64,000 bases of DNA from Dehalococcoidia bacterium (lineage in GTDB: Bacteria > Chloroflexota > Dehalococcoidia > UBA6926): NCBI GenBank assembly GCA_963666115.2, contig CAXXET010000007.1, positions 160,001 through 224,000 on the forward strand, read 5' to 3'. The translations under genes were made by a program, and so were the position numbers. How positions within the stretch are numbered: the stretch's first letter is position 1; the number at the start of each line of letters is the position of its first letter. Shown here one piece after another: positions 28,797 through 38,345 of the stretch. The notes below the pieces were generated by a model that made no database searches, was not told the origin of the DNA, and worked only from the letters and a program-made list of their open reading frames with translations.

Positions 28797-30194
28797 TCAC
28801 CCTGTCAAGTAGTAATCGTCCGGGCCGCCGCCGGCGCGGGCAGCATTGCGGAACGTGGTTGTCTGCTCTTCAAAGACGACCTGCATCCGACCCGTCGGTC
28901 CGTTCCGGTGCTTGGCAACGATGACATCTGCAATGCCGCGGGGATATTCCTGGTCGGGGTGCTGCCGCTCCCATTCCTCGCCGGTGAATACCATGTCCGG
29001 GCGGTAGAGGAACAGGACGACGTCCGCATCCTGCTCGATCGCGCCGCTCTCCCGCAGGTCGGACAGGAGCGGCTCATGGCGGGGGCGATTCTCAACCGCG
29101 CGGGAAAGCTGTGAAAGAGCCAGCACCGGGACGTTCAGATCGCGGGCGAGCGCCTTGAGCGAGCGCGAGATTTCGCTGATCTCCTGCACGCGGTTGCCAA
29201 AGAAATTCGCGCCGGACATCAGCTGCATGTAGTCCACCACGATGAGATCAAGCCCCTCTTCAAGGAAAAGCCGCCGCGCCTTGGAGCGAAGCGCGACGAC
29301 GCTCAGGTTGACCGAATCGTCGATGTAGAGGGGCAACTCGGCGAGCCGTCCGACGGCGTTCATGATTGCGCCCTCTTCGTAGTCGGTCCACATATGGGCC
29401 CGAATGCGCGTGGAGTTGATGCCGGACTCGCCTGCCAATAGGCGCTCCACGACCTGATCCGACGCCATTTCGAGGCTGAAGAACGCGACGATGCGGGGGC
29501 GTCCGTCCGGTCTTTGGGTCTGCGCGGCAGCCTTCGCGACGTTGAGGGCAAAGGCGCTCTTGCCGACGCCAGGGCGGGCAGCAAGGATGAGGAGGTCCGC
29601 GGCCTGAAACCCACCGCCAAGCTGGCGGTCAAGGTCGACAAAGCCGCTTTCGACGCCTCCGGCGCGGCCCCCGGCAGTTTGCTCACTATCTTCGACGTAT
29701 CTATCCAGGACATCCCGCAGCGCCTCAAGATCCCGCGTGGTCTGCCCAATCCGCATCCTGTAGAGCAGTTCTTCGGCCTTGCGGAGGGATTCTTCCTCAT
29801 CCTCCTCGGCGCGTGTTCCAATCCCCGCGATTTGGCCTCCCGCATCAATGAGACGGCGGTGGATGGAGAGCCGCCGAACGACGCGGGCATAGCTGTCCGC
29901 GTACACGGAGGTTGGGACAACGGCGATGAGGTGACTCAGGAAGGGGAGTCCGCCGACTTCTTCGAGCCGCTGCCGGCGGGAAAGCTCGTCCGCGACGCTT
30001 ATCTGACTGATGGGCTTGTTTTGCGTGAAAAGGGTTACGCAGGCTTCAAATATCCATGCGTGACGCTGCCGGTAAAAGTCATTCGGCTCCAGGATGATCT
30101 GAAGGCCCGGCACGGCCTCGCCGTCAATGAGCATTGAGCCGAGGACGGCTTCCTCCGCTTCATCGTCGTGTGGCGGCAGTTGTTCTGTGTACAC
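28797..30194 (-). CDS. dnaB: Replicative DNA helicase
   Basis: LPPHD.EAEEAVLG, AARPGVGKS, FFSLEM, VDYMQLM, LSQLSR, DLRESGAIEQDAD and KHRNGPTG motifs. Confidence 0.97.
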   Translation of the reverse strand: MYTEQLPPHDDEAEEAVLGSMLIDGEAVPGLQIILEPNDFYRQRHAWIFEACVTLFTQNKPISQISVADELSRRQRLEEVGGLPFLSHLIAVVPTSVYADSYARVVRRLSIHRRLIDAGGQIAGIGTRAEEDEEESLRKAEELLYRMRIGQTTRDLEALRDVLDRYVEDSEQTAGGRAGGVESGFVDLDRQLGGGFQAADLLILAARPGVGKSAFALNVAKAAAQTQRPDGRPRIVAFFSLEMASDQVVERLLAGESGINSTRIRAHMWTDYEEGAIMNAVGRLAELPLYIDDSVNLSVVALRSKARRLFLEEGLDLIVVDYMQLMSGANFFGNRVQEISEISRSLKALARDLNVPVLALSQLSRAVENRPRHEPLLSDLRESGAIEQDADVVLFLYRPDMVFTGEEWERQHPDQEYPRGIADVIVAKHRNGPTGRMQVVFEEQTTTFRNAARAGGGPDDYYLTG

Positions 30195-30257
30195 AAAGCA
30201 CCCCGGCCCCGTCCCACGCGTCCACGCATGGCAAATCCGGACGGGTTTCCGAGTCCC

Positions 30258-30848
30258 TTACTCCTCTTCTTGACCCTCTTGGGGTTCGTCGTCGCCGTCC
30301 GCGGATTCTTCGGCGGCATCGTCAGAGGCTGGGGTGGTTTCATCGATTGCCGCATCGTCGCCCTCGTCCGCGCCCTCTTCGACGAGGGGAGGCGGCTCCG
30401 TTCCCTCCTGGTAGACGGTGATGGTGACGGAGGGAATCACATCCGGGGCAAGGCGAACAGGGGTCTGGTGGTGCCCGAGTTCGCGGATCGGCTGGGCAAG
30501 CTGGACGGCGCGACGATCAATCTCAACACCCATGGCCTCATTGACGGCGTCCGCAATCTCCGCAGACGTGACGCTGCCGTACAGGCGGCCCCCCGGGCCA
30601 ACACGCACAGGAATCAGCAGGCGCTCCTCAGAAAGCCGTTCACCGACGCTCTCCATCTCAAGGTTGAGCTTGGTGCGACGCTCGATTTCGGCCTTCTTGC
30701 GGGCGTCTGCGCGGGCCAGTTCCTGGGGAGTTGCCAGCACAGCCAAGCCCTTTGGGATGAGGAAGTTGCGGGCGTAGCCATCCTTGACATCGCGGACGTC
30801 CCCCGCGATGCCCAAGCCGGGCGCCTCATCGATCAGGACAACTTTCAT
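30258..30848 (-). CDS. rplI: 50S ribosomal protein L9 (long acidic C-terminal tail)
   Basis: MKVVL...LG..GDV..VKDGYARNFLIP and GRLYGSVT motifs. Confidence 0.96.
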   Translation of the reverse strand: MKVVLIDEAPGLGIAGDVRDVKDGYARNFLIPKGLAVLATPQELARADARKKAEIERRTKLNLEMESVGERLSEERLLIPVRVGPGGRLYGSVTSAEIADAVNEAMGVEIDRRAVQLAQPIRELGHHQTPVRLAPDVIPSVTITVYQEGTEPPPLVEEGADEGDDAAIDETTPASDDAAEESADGDDEPQEGQEEE

Positions 30849-30987
30849 CGGAGTTCCTTTCAACGAATAGTAGTACGTGCGTTCTTATCCGTCAAGCATT
30901 CCACCACGGCCTGATGGCCTGCGAGACGGCACACAAGAGATAAGGGTAGGGAACGGGGGCGGGTGACGGCAAGAGTTTGGCTGCGAG

Positions 30988-33210
30988 TTATCCACCAATT
31001 TGGGAGGCTAAAAGCCCGCTCTCCCATGCGTTTGCGGCCTCTGCGAGCGGCATATCAATGATGCCGGTGACGCGGAGCGCGTCGCCGCCCACTGCGCCGA
31101 TTTCGCGCATGGGCATGCCCCGCTCCTCACAGAGGTCACGGAGTTCCTCCAACTTCTCAGCCGCAGCGGAGATCACGATACGCGCCGGCGCTTCGCCGAA
31201 CAGGGCAGCGTCGATTCGGTCATGGTCATCGAGGACGAGGTCAAGGGACGCGCCGATGCCGCCGATGGCGCAGGATTCCGCCACGGCGACCGCCAGCCCG
31301 CCCTCCGACACGTCATGCGCCGATTTGATCAGTCTGTTGCCGATGGCATCCCGCACGAGGGACTGCACCCTCGCCTCTCCATCAAGATCAACGGTGGGTC
31401 GGCCGGCGACGACACCGTGAATCCGGGAGAGGTACTCGCTGCCCCCTAGCGCGGCAACAGGCAAGTCAGCGCTTGACGTGCCAAGCAGAACGATGCGATC
31501 CCCCTCCCCGACAAATCCCGCCCCGGCTCGCGCGGAGAGGTCGTCCAGCAGGCCGACCATGCCGACTGTCGGCGTGGGATCAATAGGGCCGTCGGCGGAT
31601 TCGTTGTACAGGCTGACGTTGCCGCTGATGACGGGGATGTCCAGGGCGCGGCAGGCATCGGCCATGCCGCGTATGGCCTGCTCAAACTGGTAGGCGATGG
31701 GCTCGCGCTCGGGGTTGCCGAAGTTGAGGCAGTCAGTGATTGCCAGCGGACGCGCGCCAACGCAAGAGAGGTTGCGGGCGGCTTCAATGACGGTAAGCGC
31801 CCCGCCGGCATACGGGTCCAGATAGCAGGCGCGTGGATTGACATCAATCGTAAGGGCAACGCCCTTGTTTGTTCCCTTGATGCGGAGGACGGCGGCGTCC
31901 GCTTGCCCAGGCGCCAGCACGGTATTGTTGCCAACCTGGTGGTCGTATTGGCGGTAGACAGCGCGCTTGCTGGCGAGGGAGGGAGCTGTGAGCATCCCGA
32001 GCAGCGTCGCGTTCCAATCAGACGGCTGGGGTAAATCGGAGAGGTCGCGTTCGCGCAAGTCAGCCATTTCCGGGGCTTCCTTGCCGGACAACTCATAGGC
32101 GGGCGGCTCGGTCAGGGCGGCGATGGGCATGTCTCCGACGATGACATCGTTATCGCGGATGATTGCGCGGCTGCCGTCTGTGACGACGCCGATCTCGTCG
32201 CAGGCTAGCTCCCACTTGTCACAGACAGCACGGGCGGCTGCGACGTTTTCGGGGGGGACGACGAGCAACATCCGCTCCTGGGATTCGGAGAGCATAACTT
32301 CATAAGCAGTCATGCCGTCCTCACGGCGCGGGACGCGGGCGACATCTATATCGACACCATTGTTGGCACGGGCGGCACATTCGATGACGGAACTCGTGAG
32401 GCCTCCCGCGCCGAGATCCTGCATTCCTACGAGCAGTCCGGCCTGGGCAATCTCAAGGCATCCTTCAAGAACGAGCTTTTCAAGGAACGGATTGCCAACC
32501 TGCACGGCGGGGCGTCGCTCGGCGGATTCTTCAGAGAGATCGACGGAGGCGAACGTCGCGCCGTGGATGCCATCGCGTCCCGTGTCCGCGCCGACAAGCA
32601 GCAGCACGTTGCCCGCGCCACCCGTGCTTGCGCGGATGATCTCGTTCTCTTTGGCGATGCCAACGCACATTGCGTTGACGAGCGGGTTCCCTGAATAGGC
32701 GGGCGCGAACGTCACCTGCCCGGCAACGTCCGGGATGCCGATGCAGTTGCCGTAGCCGCCGATGCCCGCCACGACACCCTCAAAGAGGTAGCGATTGCGG
32801 GGCCTTTCGTCCAGCGGGCCGAAGAACAGGGCATTGAGGAGGGCGATTGGCCGCGCGCCCATGCTGAAGATGTCGCGGATGATTCCGCCGACGCCCGTCG
32901 CCGCGCCCTGGTACGGCTCGATCGCAGAGGGGTGGTTGTGCGATTCCACCTTCATGATGACGGCGAGGCCGTCGCCGATTGAGACAGCTCCCGCGTTCTC
33001 TTCACCGGGGCCGATGAGAACCCAGGGAGCTTCGTTTGGGAAGAGCCGCAGGAGCAGGCGGGAGTGCTTGTAGCCGCAGTGCTCGCTCCAGAGGATGCCG
33101 AACATGCCGAGTTCGACGTCGTTTGGCTCCCGTCCCATGCGGGTGACAATCTCGTCGTACTCCTGGCGGGAGAGGGAGAGTTCAGCGAGAGTTTCAGGGG
33201 AGACGGTCAT
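30988..33210 (-). CDS. purL: Phosphoribosylformylglycinamidine synthase subunit PurL
   Basis: WSEHCGYK, KVESHNHPSAIEPYQGAATGVGGIIRD, QDLGAGG, LSESQERM and DCLNFGNP motifs. Confidence 0.97.
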   Translation of the reverse strand: MTVSPETLAELSLSRQEYDEIVTRMGREPNDVELGMFGILWSEHCGYKHSRLLLRLFPNEAPWVLIGPGEENAGAVSIGDGLAVIMKVESHNHPSAIEPYQGAATGVGGIIRDIFSMGARPIALLNALFFGPLDERPRNRYLFEGVVAGIGGYGNCIGIPDVAGQVTFAPAYSGNPLVNAMCVGIAKENEIIRASTGGAGNVLLLVGADTGRDGIHGATFASVDLSEESAERRPAVQVGNPFLEKLVLEGCLEIAQAGLLVGMQDLGAGGLTSSVIECAARANNGVDIDVARVPRREDGMTAYEVMLSESQERMLLVVPPENVAAARAVCDKWELACDEIGVVTDGSRAIIRDNDVIVGDMPIAALTEPPAYELSGKEAPEMADLRERDLSDLPQPSDWNATLLGMLTAPSLASKRAVYRQYDHQVGNNTVLAPGQADAAVLRIKGTNKGVALTIDVNPRACYLDPYAGGALTVIEAARNLSCVGARPLAITDCLNFGNPEREPIAYQFEQAIRGMADACRALDIPVISGNVSLYNESADGPIDPTPTVGMVGLLDDLSARAGAGFVGEGDRIVLLGTSSADLPVAALGGSEYLSRIHGVVAGRPTVDLDGEARVQSLVRDAIGNRLIKSAHDVSEGGLAVAVAESCAIGGIGASLDLVLDDHDRIDAALFGEAPARIVISAAAEKLEELRDLCEERGMPMREIGAVGGDALRVTGIIDMPLAEAANAWESGLLASQIGG

Positions 33211-33264
33211 GCGGCGCTCCCGCGTTATGCTTGAAGGGCATCATGAATTGAGTCTAGCAGTGCG

Positions 33265-34533
33265 ATGGCGCGGGAGGACAGCGGAGTGAAAAATCCAGCC
33301 ACCTGGACGGCCTTGATCGTCATCGCGCTGCTTGCTGCCATCGCCTTCGGCGTCGGCTGCAACGGGGCAACCTCTGAGGAGGAATCCGAGCAGACGCCGC
33401 TGAAACTCGGCCTAATCCTCAATTTCACCGGTTCGCCGGAAACATCGGAGAACAGGGAACGCGCATTCAAGCTGGCCATCCTCCACATCAACGAGGCCGG
33501 CGGCGTGTTTGGGATGCCGGTAACCGGCGTCTCGACGGACGCAACGGGCGACCCCGACACCGCCGCCCGTGAGGCGCAACGTCTGATCGACGAGGAGGGC
33601 GTCCACGCTATCGTTGGTCCGAACGCGAGCTCCGCCTCATTGCCAATCTCCCAGACCGTCTCCGCCACGCGCCGCATCCCGACCGTCAGCCCGTCCGCCA
33701 CCTCGCCGCAGTTGACGAATGCCGACGATGACGGCTACTTCTTCAGGACCGCGCTCTCCGACGTGGCGCAAGGCCCCGTCCTGGCCCGCATCACCCACCA
33801 GCAGGGCTTCGACAACGTCGGACTCATCTACCAGGATGATGCGTACGGCACCGGCCTTGCGCAGGCGTTCGCCGCGTCATGGAACGGCGCGCAGCGCGCC
33901 GTCGCCGTCGATCCGGAGCAACGGGAATTCGCCGCGGCGTTGAGCGACTCCGCAATAGAGAACCCGCAAGCCCTCATCGTCATCGCGTCTGAGCAACTCG
34001 CGCTGGCCCTCGTCAGGCAGGCCATCGACAGCGGAACGTACAACAACTTTGTCTTTGCGGATTCCGCCAAGCGGCTGAGTCTTCCGCAGGAGATCGGCGC
34101 GGACGCGATGGCGGGGATGTACGGCACCGGAAGCGCCCGCGCGCCCCACAGCACCGCGTCTGAGGCTTGGGACAATTCCTACATCGCCGAATACGGCGAA
34201 CTGCCCGTTCTGGCTTACGTGAAGGAAACGTACGACGCGACAATCGCGATTGCGCTTGCGGCGCAGGCGGCGGGAACCGTCGACGGCGAGGCGGTCCGCG
34301 ATCAACTACGCGCCATCGCCGGGCCGCCGGGGCAGAGCATCCCCGGCACTGCCGACGGCGTGGCCGACGCGCTGGCCATGCTGGCGGACGGGGAAGACGT
34401 CGATTACGACGGGACATCCGGCGTGATGGAGTGGGATGAGCACGGGGACCTGGCACGCGGCTACACCGGCGTGTGGCGCTTTACGTCGGACGGCGGAATC
34501 GAGGATCTGGAGAGCATTCCGTACGGGGGTTAG
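33265..34533 (+). CDS. Branched-chain amino acid-type ABC substrate-binding lipoprotein (no permease adjacent)
   Basis: Lipobox GVGC; INEAGGV.G, SPSATSP, FFRTALSD..QG and TYDA motifs. Confidence 0.88.
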   Translation: MAREDSGVKNPATWTALIVIALLAAIAFGVGCNGATSEEESEQTPLKLGLILNFTGSPETSENRERAFKLAILHINEAGGVFGMPVTGVSTDATGDPDTAAREAQRLIDEEGVHAIVGPNASSASLPISQTVSATRRIPTVSPSATSPQLTNADDDGYFFRTALSDVAQGPVLARITHQQGFDNVGLIYQDDAYGTGLAQAFAASWNGAQRAVAVDPEQREFAAALSDSAIENPQALIVIASEQLALALVRQAIDSGTYNNFVFADSAKRLSLPQEIGADAMAGMYGTGSARAPHSTASEAWDNSYIAEYGELPVLAYVKETYDATIAIALAAQAAGTVDGEAVRDQLRAIAGPPGQSIPGTADGVADALAMLADGEDVDYDGTSGVMEWDEHGDLARGYTGVWRFTSDGGIEDLESIPYGG

Positions 34534-35462
34534 GGGAGTTCGGCGTAGTCTTCTTCCCAGTCTTCCGCCAGGCGGATGAGGTCTTTCAGGGGAGCGCCGC
34601 CCTGTTCGCTGTCCAGGCTTGGGGGAGAGAGCCGCGTTGGCGGCTCCGCGTTTTCGCCTATGGCGAGCATGAGGAGTGAATCGACCAGGTTTTCGCGGGC
34701 GTCCCACCGTGCGCCGGGGCGTCGGATGACGACGTTTGGCTCGAGGGCAGCAATGACGGCGGCGCGCAGAACGTCTTCCTGCATCCACAAAGGCTGCTCG
34801 CGGATGTCCGCCTCCTGCGCGTGGTCGCAGTCCTGGCAGTTGAATTGGGCGCGGTCCCAATCGGGATCATAGTCGGTGGAGCCATCAGCCGAACCGCATT
34901 CGCGGCAGGTTGCGCCCGCAAAGGCGAGCGGCTCATCGTCGATCTCAGCCGCCGGGAGTGATTCGCGTACGGCGTCCGCGATCTGGGTTGGAGAGCGGAG
35001 GGCAAGACGGAGCACGGAGAGAAAGCCGGCGTCATTGACGAGTTCCGATGCCCGCACGATCTCCACCTGGGCGGCGCGGGCGGAGTCCTTGAGTTCCTGG
35101 GCATGGGCGTCAAAGAGGGCCTCCCAGTACTGGGCGCGGGACAGATCGGACGCCTCCGGATCCGGCTGGAGGCCGTAGGTCTTGCCGGACGGGGTCAGGT
35201 TGTACGGGCGGCCGGGTTCGAAGGAAGCCTCATCGGTGCCCACGTCCGGCACGACGTAGACGATGCGCAACCGAGCAGACGGATTGCCCCTGAGAACGCG
35301 GCGGGCGAGCGAGCCGGGATAGGCGAGCAGACGGAGACGGTCGGCCTCGGTCAGCGCGGCCATCGGGATTTCTCCGGCCAGCACCGTGTCACCGGGCTCC
35401 AGCCATTCACCGACCTCCGAGAGACCGGCGGCGTTGCGGTAGAGTCGTGCCGTTGTTACCAA
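34530..35462 (-). CDS. Degenerate class I lysyl-tRNA synthetase catalytic-domain paralogue
   Basis: PDP...S.AQYW, VRASEL, CRECG...YDP.....FNCQDCDH..E.DIR and AAL follow the class I LysRS layout; HIGH, GKDH, KMSKS and the anticodon domain are absent. Confidence 0.6.
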   Translation of the reverse strand: MVTTARLYRNAAGLSEVGEWLEPGDTVLAGEIPMAALTEADRLRLLAYPGSLARRVLRGNPSARLRIVYVVPDVGTDEASFEPGRPYNLTPSGKTYGLQPDPEASDLSRAQYWEALFDAHAQELKDSARAAQVEIVRASELVNDAGFLSVLRLALRSPTQIADAVRESLPAAEIDDEPLAFAGATCRECGSADGSTDYDPDWDRAQFNCQDCDHAQEADIREQPLWMQEDVLRAAVIAALEPNVVIRRPGARWDARENLVDSLLMLAIGENAEPPTRLSPPSLDSEQGGAPLKDLIRLAEDWEEDYAELP

Positions 35463-35465
35463 GGG

Positions 35466-36302
35466 TCAGCGTTCGATGGGAAGGCCGACGCCGCTGCCCC
35501 ACTCGGTCCAGGAGCCGTCGTAGTTGCGGATGTTCTCGTAACCGAGCAATTCCTTGAGGACGAACCACGTGTGAGAGGAACGCTCGCCGATGCGGCAGTA
35601 CGCGATGACATCCTTGTCCGCCGTGACGCCGCGCCCGCCATAGATCTCATTGAGTTCGTCGGCGGACTTGAACGTGGCGTCCTCGTTGACGGCCTGCGCC
35701 CAACCGATGTTGACGGCGCCGGGAATGTGGCCGCCGCGCTGGGAGCCCTCCTGCGGGAGATTCTCCGGCGCAAGGAGCTCGCCGCTGAACTCCGCCGGGG
35801 AGCGAACGTCCACCAGGACGGACGTGCCGAGGGCGGCGCGCACATCGTCACGGAGGGCGCGGATGGACGTATCCGGCTCTTGCGCTGTGTAGGACTGCGC
35901 GGCGTGTGAGGGAACGTCAGTCGTCGTTGGACGGCCTTCTGCCAGCCACTTGGCGCGCCCGCCGTTCATGATCTGGACGTTCTCATGCCCGTAGTACTTC
36001 AACTGCCAGTAGGCCCATGCGGCGAACCAGTTGTTGTTGTCGCCGTACAGGATGACGCGCGTGTCGTTGCCGATGCCGGACTGCCCGAGCAATTGCTCGA
36101 AATCGCCCTTTTCGACAACATCGCGCACAACATTCTGCTGGAGCTGGGACCGCCAGTTCCAGCCAACGGCGCCGGGCGCGTGTCCCTGGTCGTACGCTGC
36201 GGTATCGACGTCGACTTCCACAAGCCGGACGCCGGGCGCGTCAAGGTTCTGCGCGACCCATTCCGTGTCCACCAATGCGTTTGGATTTGCGTATTCAGCC
36301 AT
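35466..36302 (-). CDS. Tandem-domain rhodanese / thiosulfate sulfurtransferase
   Basis: [33 protein letters not shown], active site [18 protein letters not shown]. Confidence 0.95.
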   Translation of the reverse strand: MAEYANPNALVDTEWVAQNLDAPGVRLVEVDVDTAAYDQGHAPGAVGWNWRSQLQQNVVRDVVEKGDFEQLLGQSGIGNDTRVILYGDNNNWFAAWAYWQLKYYGHENVQIMNGGRAKWLAEGRPTTTDVPSHAAQSYTAQEPDTSIRALRDDVRAALGTSVLVDVRSPAEFSGELLAPENLPQEGSQRGGHIPGAVNIGWAQAVNEDATFKSADELNEIYGGRGVTADKDVIAYCRIGERSSHTWFVLKELLGYENIRNYDGSWTEWGSGVGLPIER

Positions 36303-36460
36303 TGTGTGCCCCCACTCCTTCGCCTCTCACCGGAGAAGCTGTCCTGCGCTAGATTCGCAGTAACGCAATCCATCGTCAAGGGGTACACTCTGCCGCGACG
36401 CCGGCAGGAGGCATCGGTATGATGACAGTATTGGGGTACCAGACGGGAGTGAATGAGACG

Positions 36461-36832
36461 ATGCGGGTTATGGCGCTGATCAAGGCGACAGCCGAGAGCG
36501 AGGCGGGGATCATGCCCTCCGCTGAACTGCTGGAGGCGATGGGCAGGTACAACCAGGAGCTTGTCGAGGCGGGCGTGATGCTTGCCGGCGAGGGGCTGAG
36601 GCCGTCTGAGCACGGCAGGCGTGTTGTTCTTGACGGCGGCGGGAACGCGGTCACGGACGGGCCTTTCGCAGAGACGAATCAACTAATTGCCGGATTCTGG
36701 GTCTGGCAGGTCGCAGACATGGATGAGGCCGTGGCGTGGGTGAAGCGGTGTCCGCAGCCGATGCCCGGGATGGCAGAGATCGAGATTCGTCCTCTCTACG
36801 AAACCGAAGATTTTTCACAGGCTGAAGGCTGA
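36461..36832 (+). CDS. YciI family protein
   Basis: AGV.LAGEGLRPS, DGPFAET..LIAGFW and EIEIRP motifs. Confidence 0.9.
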   Translation: MRVMALIKATAESEAGIMPSAELLEAMGRYNQELVEAGVMLAGEGLRPSEHGRRVVLDGGGNAVTDGPFAETNQLIAGFWVWQVADMDEAVAWVKRCPQPMPGMAEIEIRPLYETEDFSQAEG

Positions 36833-37905
36833 TGTCTCTGCTGCGCACACCCCTCTACGACTCTCACGTTGCGCTTGGCGCGCGGATGGTTGAGTTTGGC
36901 GGGTGGGAGATGCCCATTCAATACGCAAGCGGGGTGCTGGCGGAGCACGCGGCGGTTCGGCGACAGGCAGGTATATTTGACGTTTCGCACATGGGGCGCA
37001 TCGACGTGCAGGGGGACGGCGCGGGCGCGTTCCTGGATCGGCTCATCACGAGCAACGTGGGCAAGCTGCGCATCGGGCGCGGACGATACGGCCTGATCTG
37101 TGACGAATCCGGCGGCATCCTTGATGACGTGGTCGTGTTCCGCCGCGCGGAGTCCGTTTATCTCGTGGTATGCAATGCGTCGCGGTGGGATCGAGTGACG
37201 GCGTGGATAGGCGAGAACGCGGCGGACAGGGTGGAGATAACACACCGGCGCGACGATACGGCGATGCTGGCTGTCCAAGGACCGGAGGCGGTGGCGGCCG
37301 TGGCGCGCCGCTTTCATCCGTCCCCGCTCCAACTGGGGCGTTTCGCGGGCAATGGCGGGAGGATGGCGGGCGTGGGCGCGTTCATCTCACGCACGGGCTA
37401 TACGGGGGAGGACGGGTGCGAACTGATCGTCGCAGCTTCGGACGCCCAGCACGTATGGGACACGCTGGTGGACGAAAGCGGCGTGACCCCATGCGGTCTT
37501 GCGGCCCGCGACGTGCTGCGCCTGGAGGCCGGCCTAATGCTGTATGGGCAGGACATGGATGAGACCGTGACGCCGCCGGAGGCGGGGCTTGATCGATTCG
37601 TCGATCTCAGCAAGGATTTTATCGGCGTGGAGACACTGCGGAGGCAGGCTGAGAATGGGATCGAGAAGCGCATCACCGGCCTTACGGTGGAGGGTCGTTC
37701 CGCGCCGCGCCATGGATATACAGTACACACGGGGGACGGCAGGGAGTCCGTGATTACGAGCGGGGCATATTCACCTTCGCTCAGGCACAGCATCGGACTG
37801 GCGTACCTGCCGATTGACGTATCCGAACCCGGAAACGTCGTTGATGTCGATATCCGCGGCCGAACGGCGCGCGCGACGACGGTATCGCTGCCGTTCACCC
37901 GCTAG
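36832..37905 (+). CDS. gcvT: Glycine cleavage system aminomethyltransferase T
   Basis: RTPLY, FGGWEMP, FDVSHMG, SRTGYTGEDG.E and GLAARD.LRLEAG motifs. Confidence 0.96.
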   Translation: MSLLRTPLYDSHVALGARMVEFGGWEMPIQYASGVLAEHAAVRRQAGIFDVSHMGRIDVQGDGAGAFLDRLITSNVGKLRIGRGRYGLICDESGGILDDVVVFRRAESVYLVVCNASRWDRVTAWIGENAADRVEITHRRDDTAMLAVQGPEAVAAVARRFHPSPLQLGRFAGNGGRMAGVGAFISRTGYTGEDGCELIVAASDAQHVWDTLVDESGVTPCGLAARDVLRLEAGLMLYGQDMDETVTPPEAGLDRFVDLSKDFIGVETLRRQAENGIEKRITGLTVEGRSAPRHGYTVHTGDGRESVITSGAYSPSLRHSIGLAYLPIDVSEPGNVVDVDIRGRTARATTVSLPFTR

Positions 37906-37937
37906 AATGAGTAGGCGCTTTGATTGGGGGACGTGAT

Positions 37938-38345
37938 ATGCCATTTGATCCGGCAGGGCTGCTCTTCAGCCGTGAGCATGAATGGGTGGCGCGCGACGAA
38001 TCCGATGCCAACGCGGCGACCGTTGGCATCACGGACTATGCGCAAGGGGAACTGGGGGACGTCGTCTACGTCGATCTGCCCGCTGCCGGCTCTGCGGTCA
38101 AACAGTTTGAGACATTTGGCGAGGTAGAGTCGGTGAAGTCCGTGTCCGATCTGTTCTCACCGGTGAGCGGGACGGTGGCCGAGGTCAATTCCACCCTCGA
38201 GGACAAGCCGGAGCTGGTGAACGAGGACCCGTACGGGGAGGGGTGGATGCTGCGGGTGACGATTGCGGATGAGCGGGAGCTGCAAAGCCTGCTTTCTCAC
38301 GATGAGTACCAGGAATTTCTGACGGAGTTGAGCGGCGGTGACTGA
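37938..38345 (+). CDS. gcvH: Glycine cleavage system H protein
   Basis: HEWV, GITDYAQ.ELGDVVY, lipoyl site VESVKSVSD, VNEDPYGEGW. Confidence 0.96.
   Translation: MPFDPAGLLFSREHEWVARDESDANAATVGITDYAQGELGDVVYVDLPAAGSAVKQFETFGEVESVKSVSDLFSPVSGTVAEVNSTLEDKPELVNEDPYGEGWMLRVTIADERELQSLLSHDEYQEFLTELSGGD

Noticed and set aside
36303-36832. Possible glycine riboswitch upstream of gcvT
   Set aside because: A YciI gene abuts gcvT directly and no complete aptamer pattern was seen in the upstream gap.
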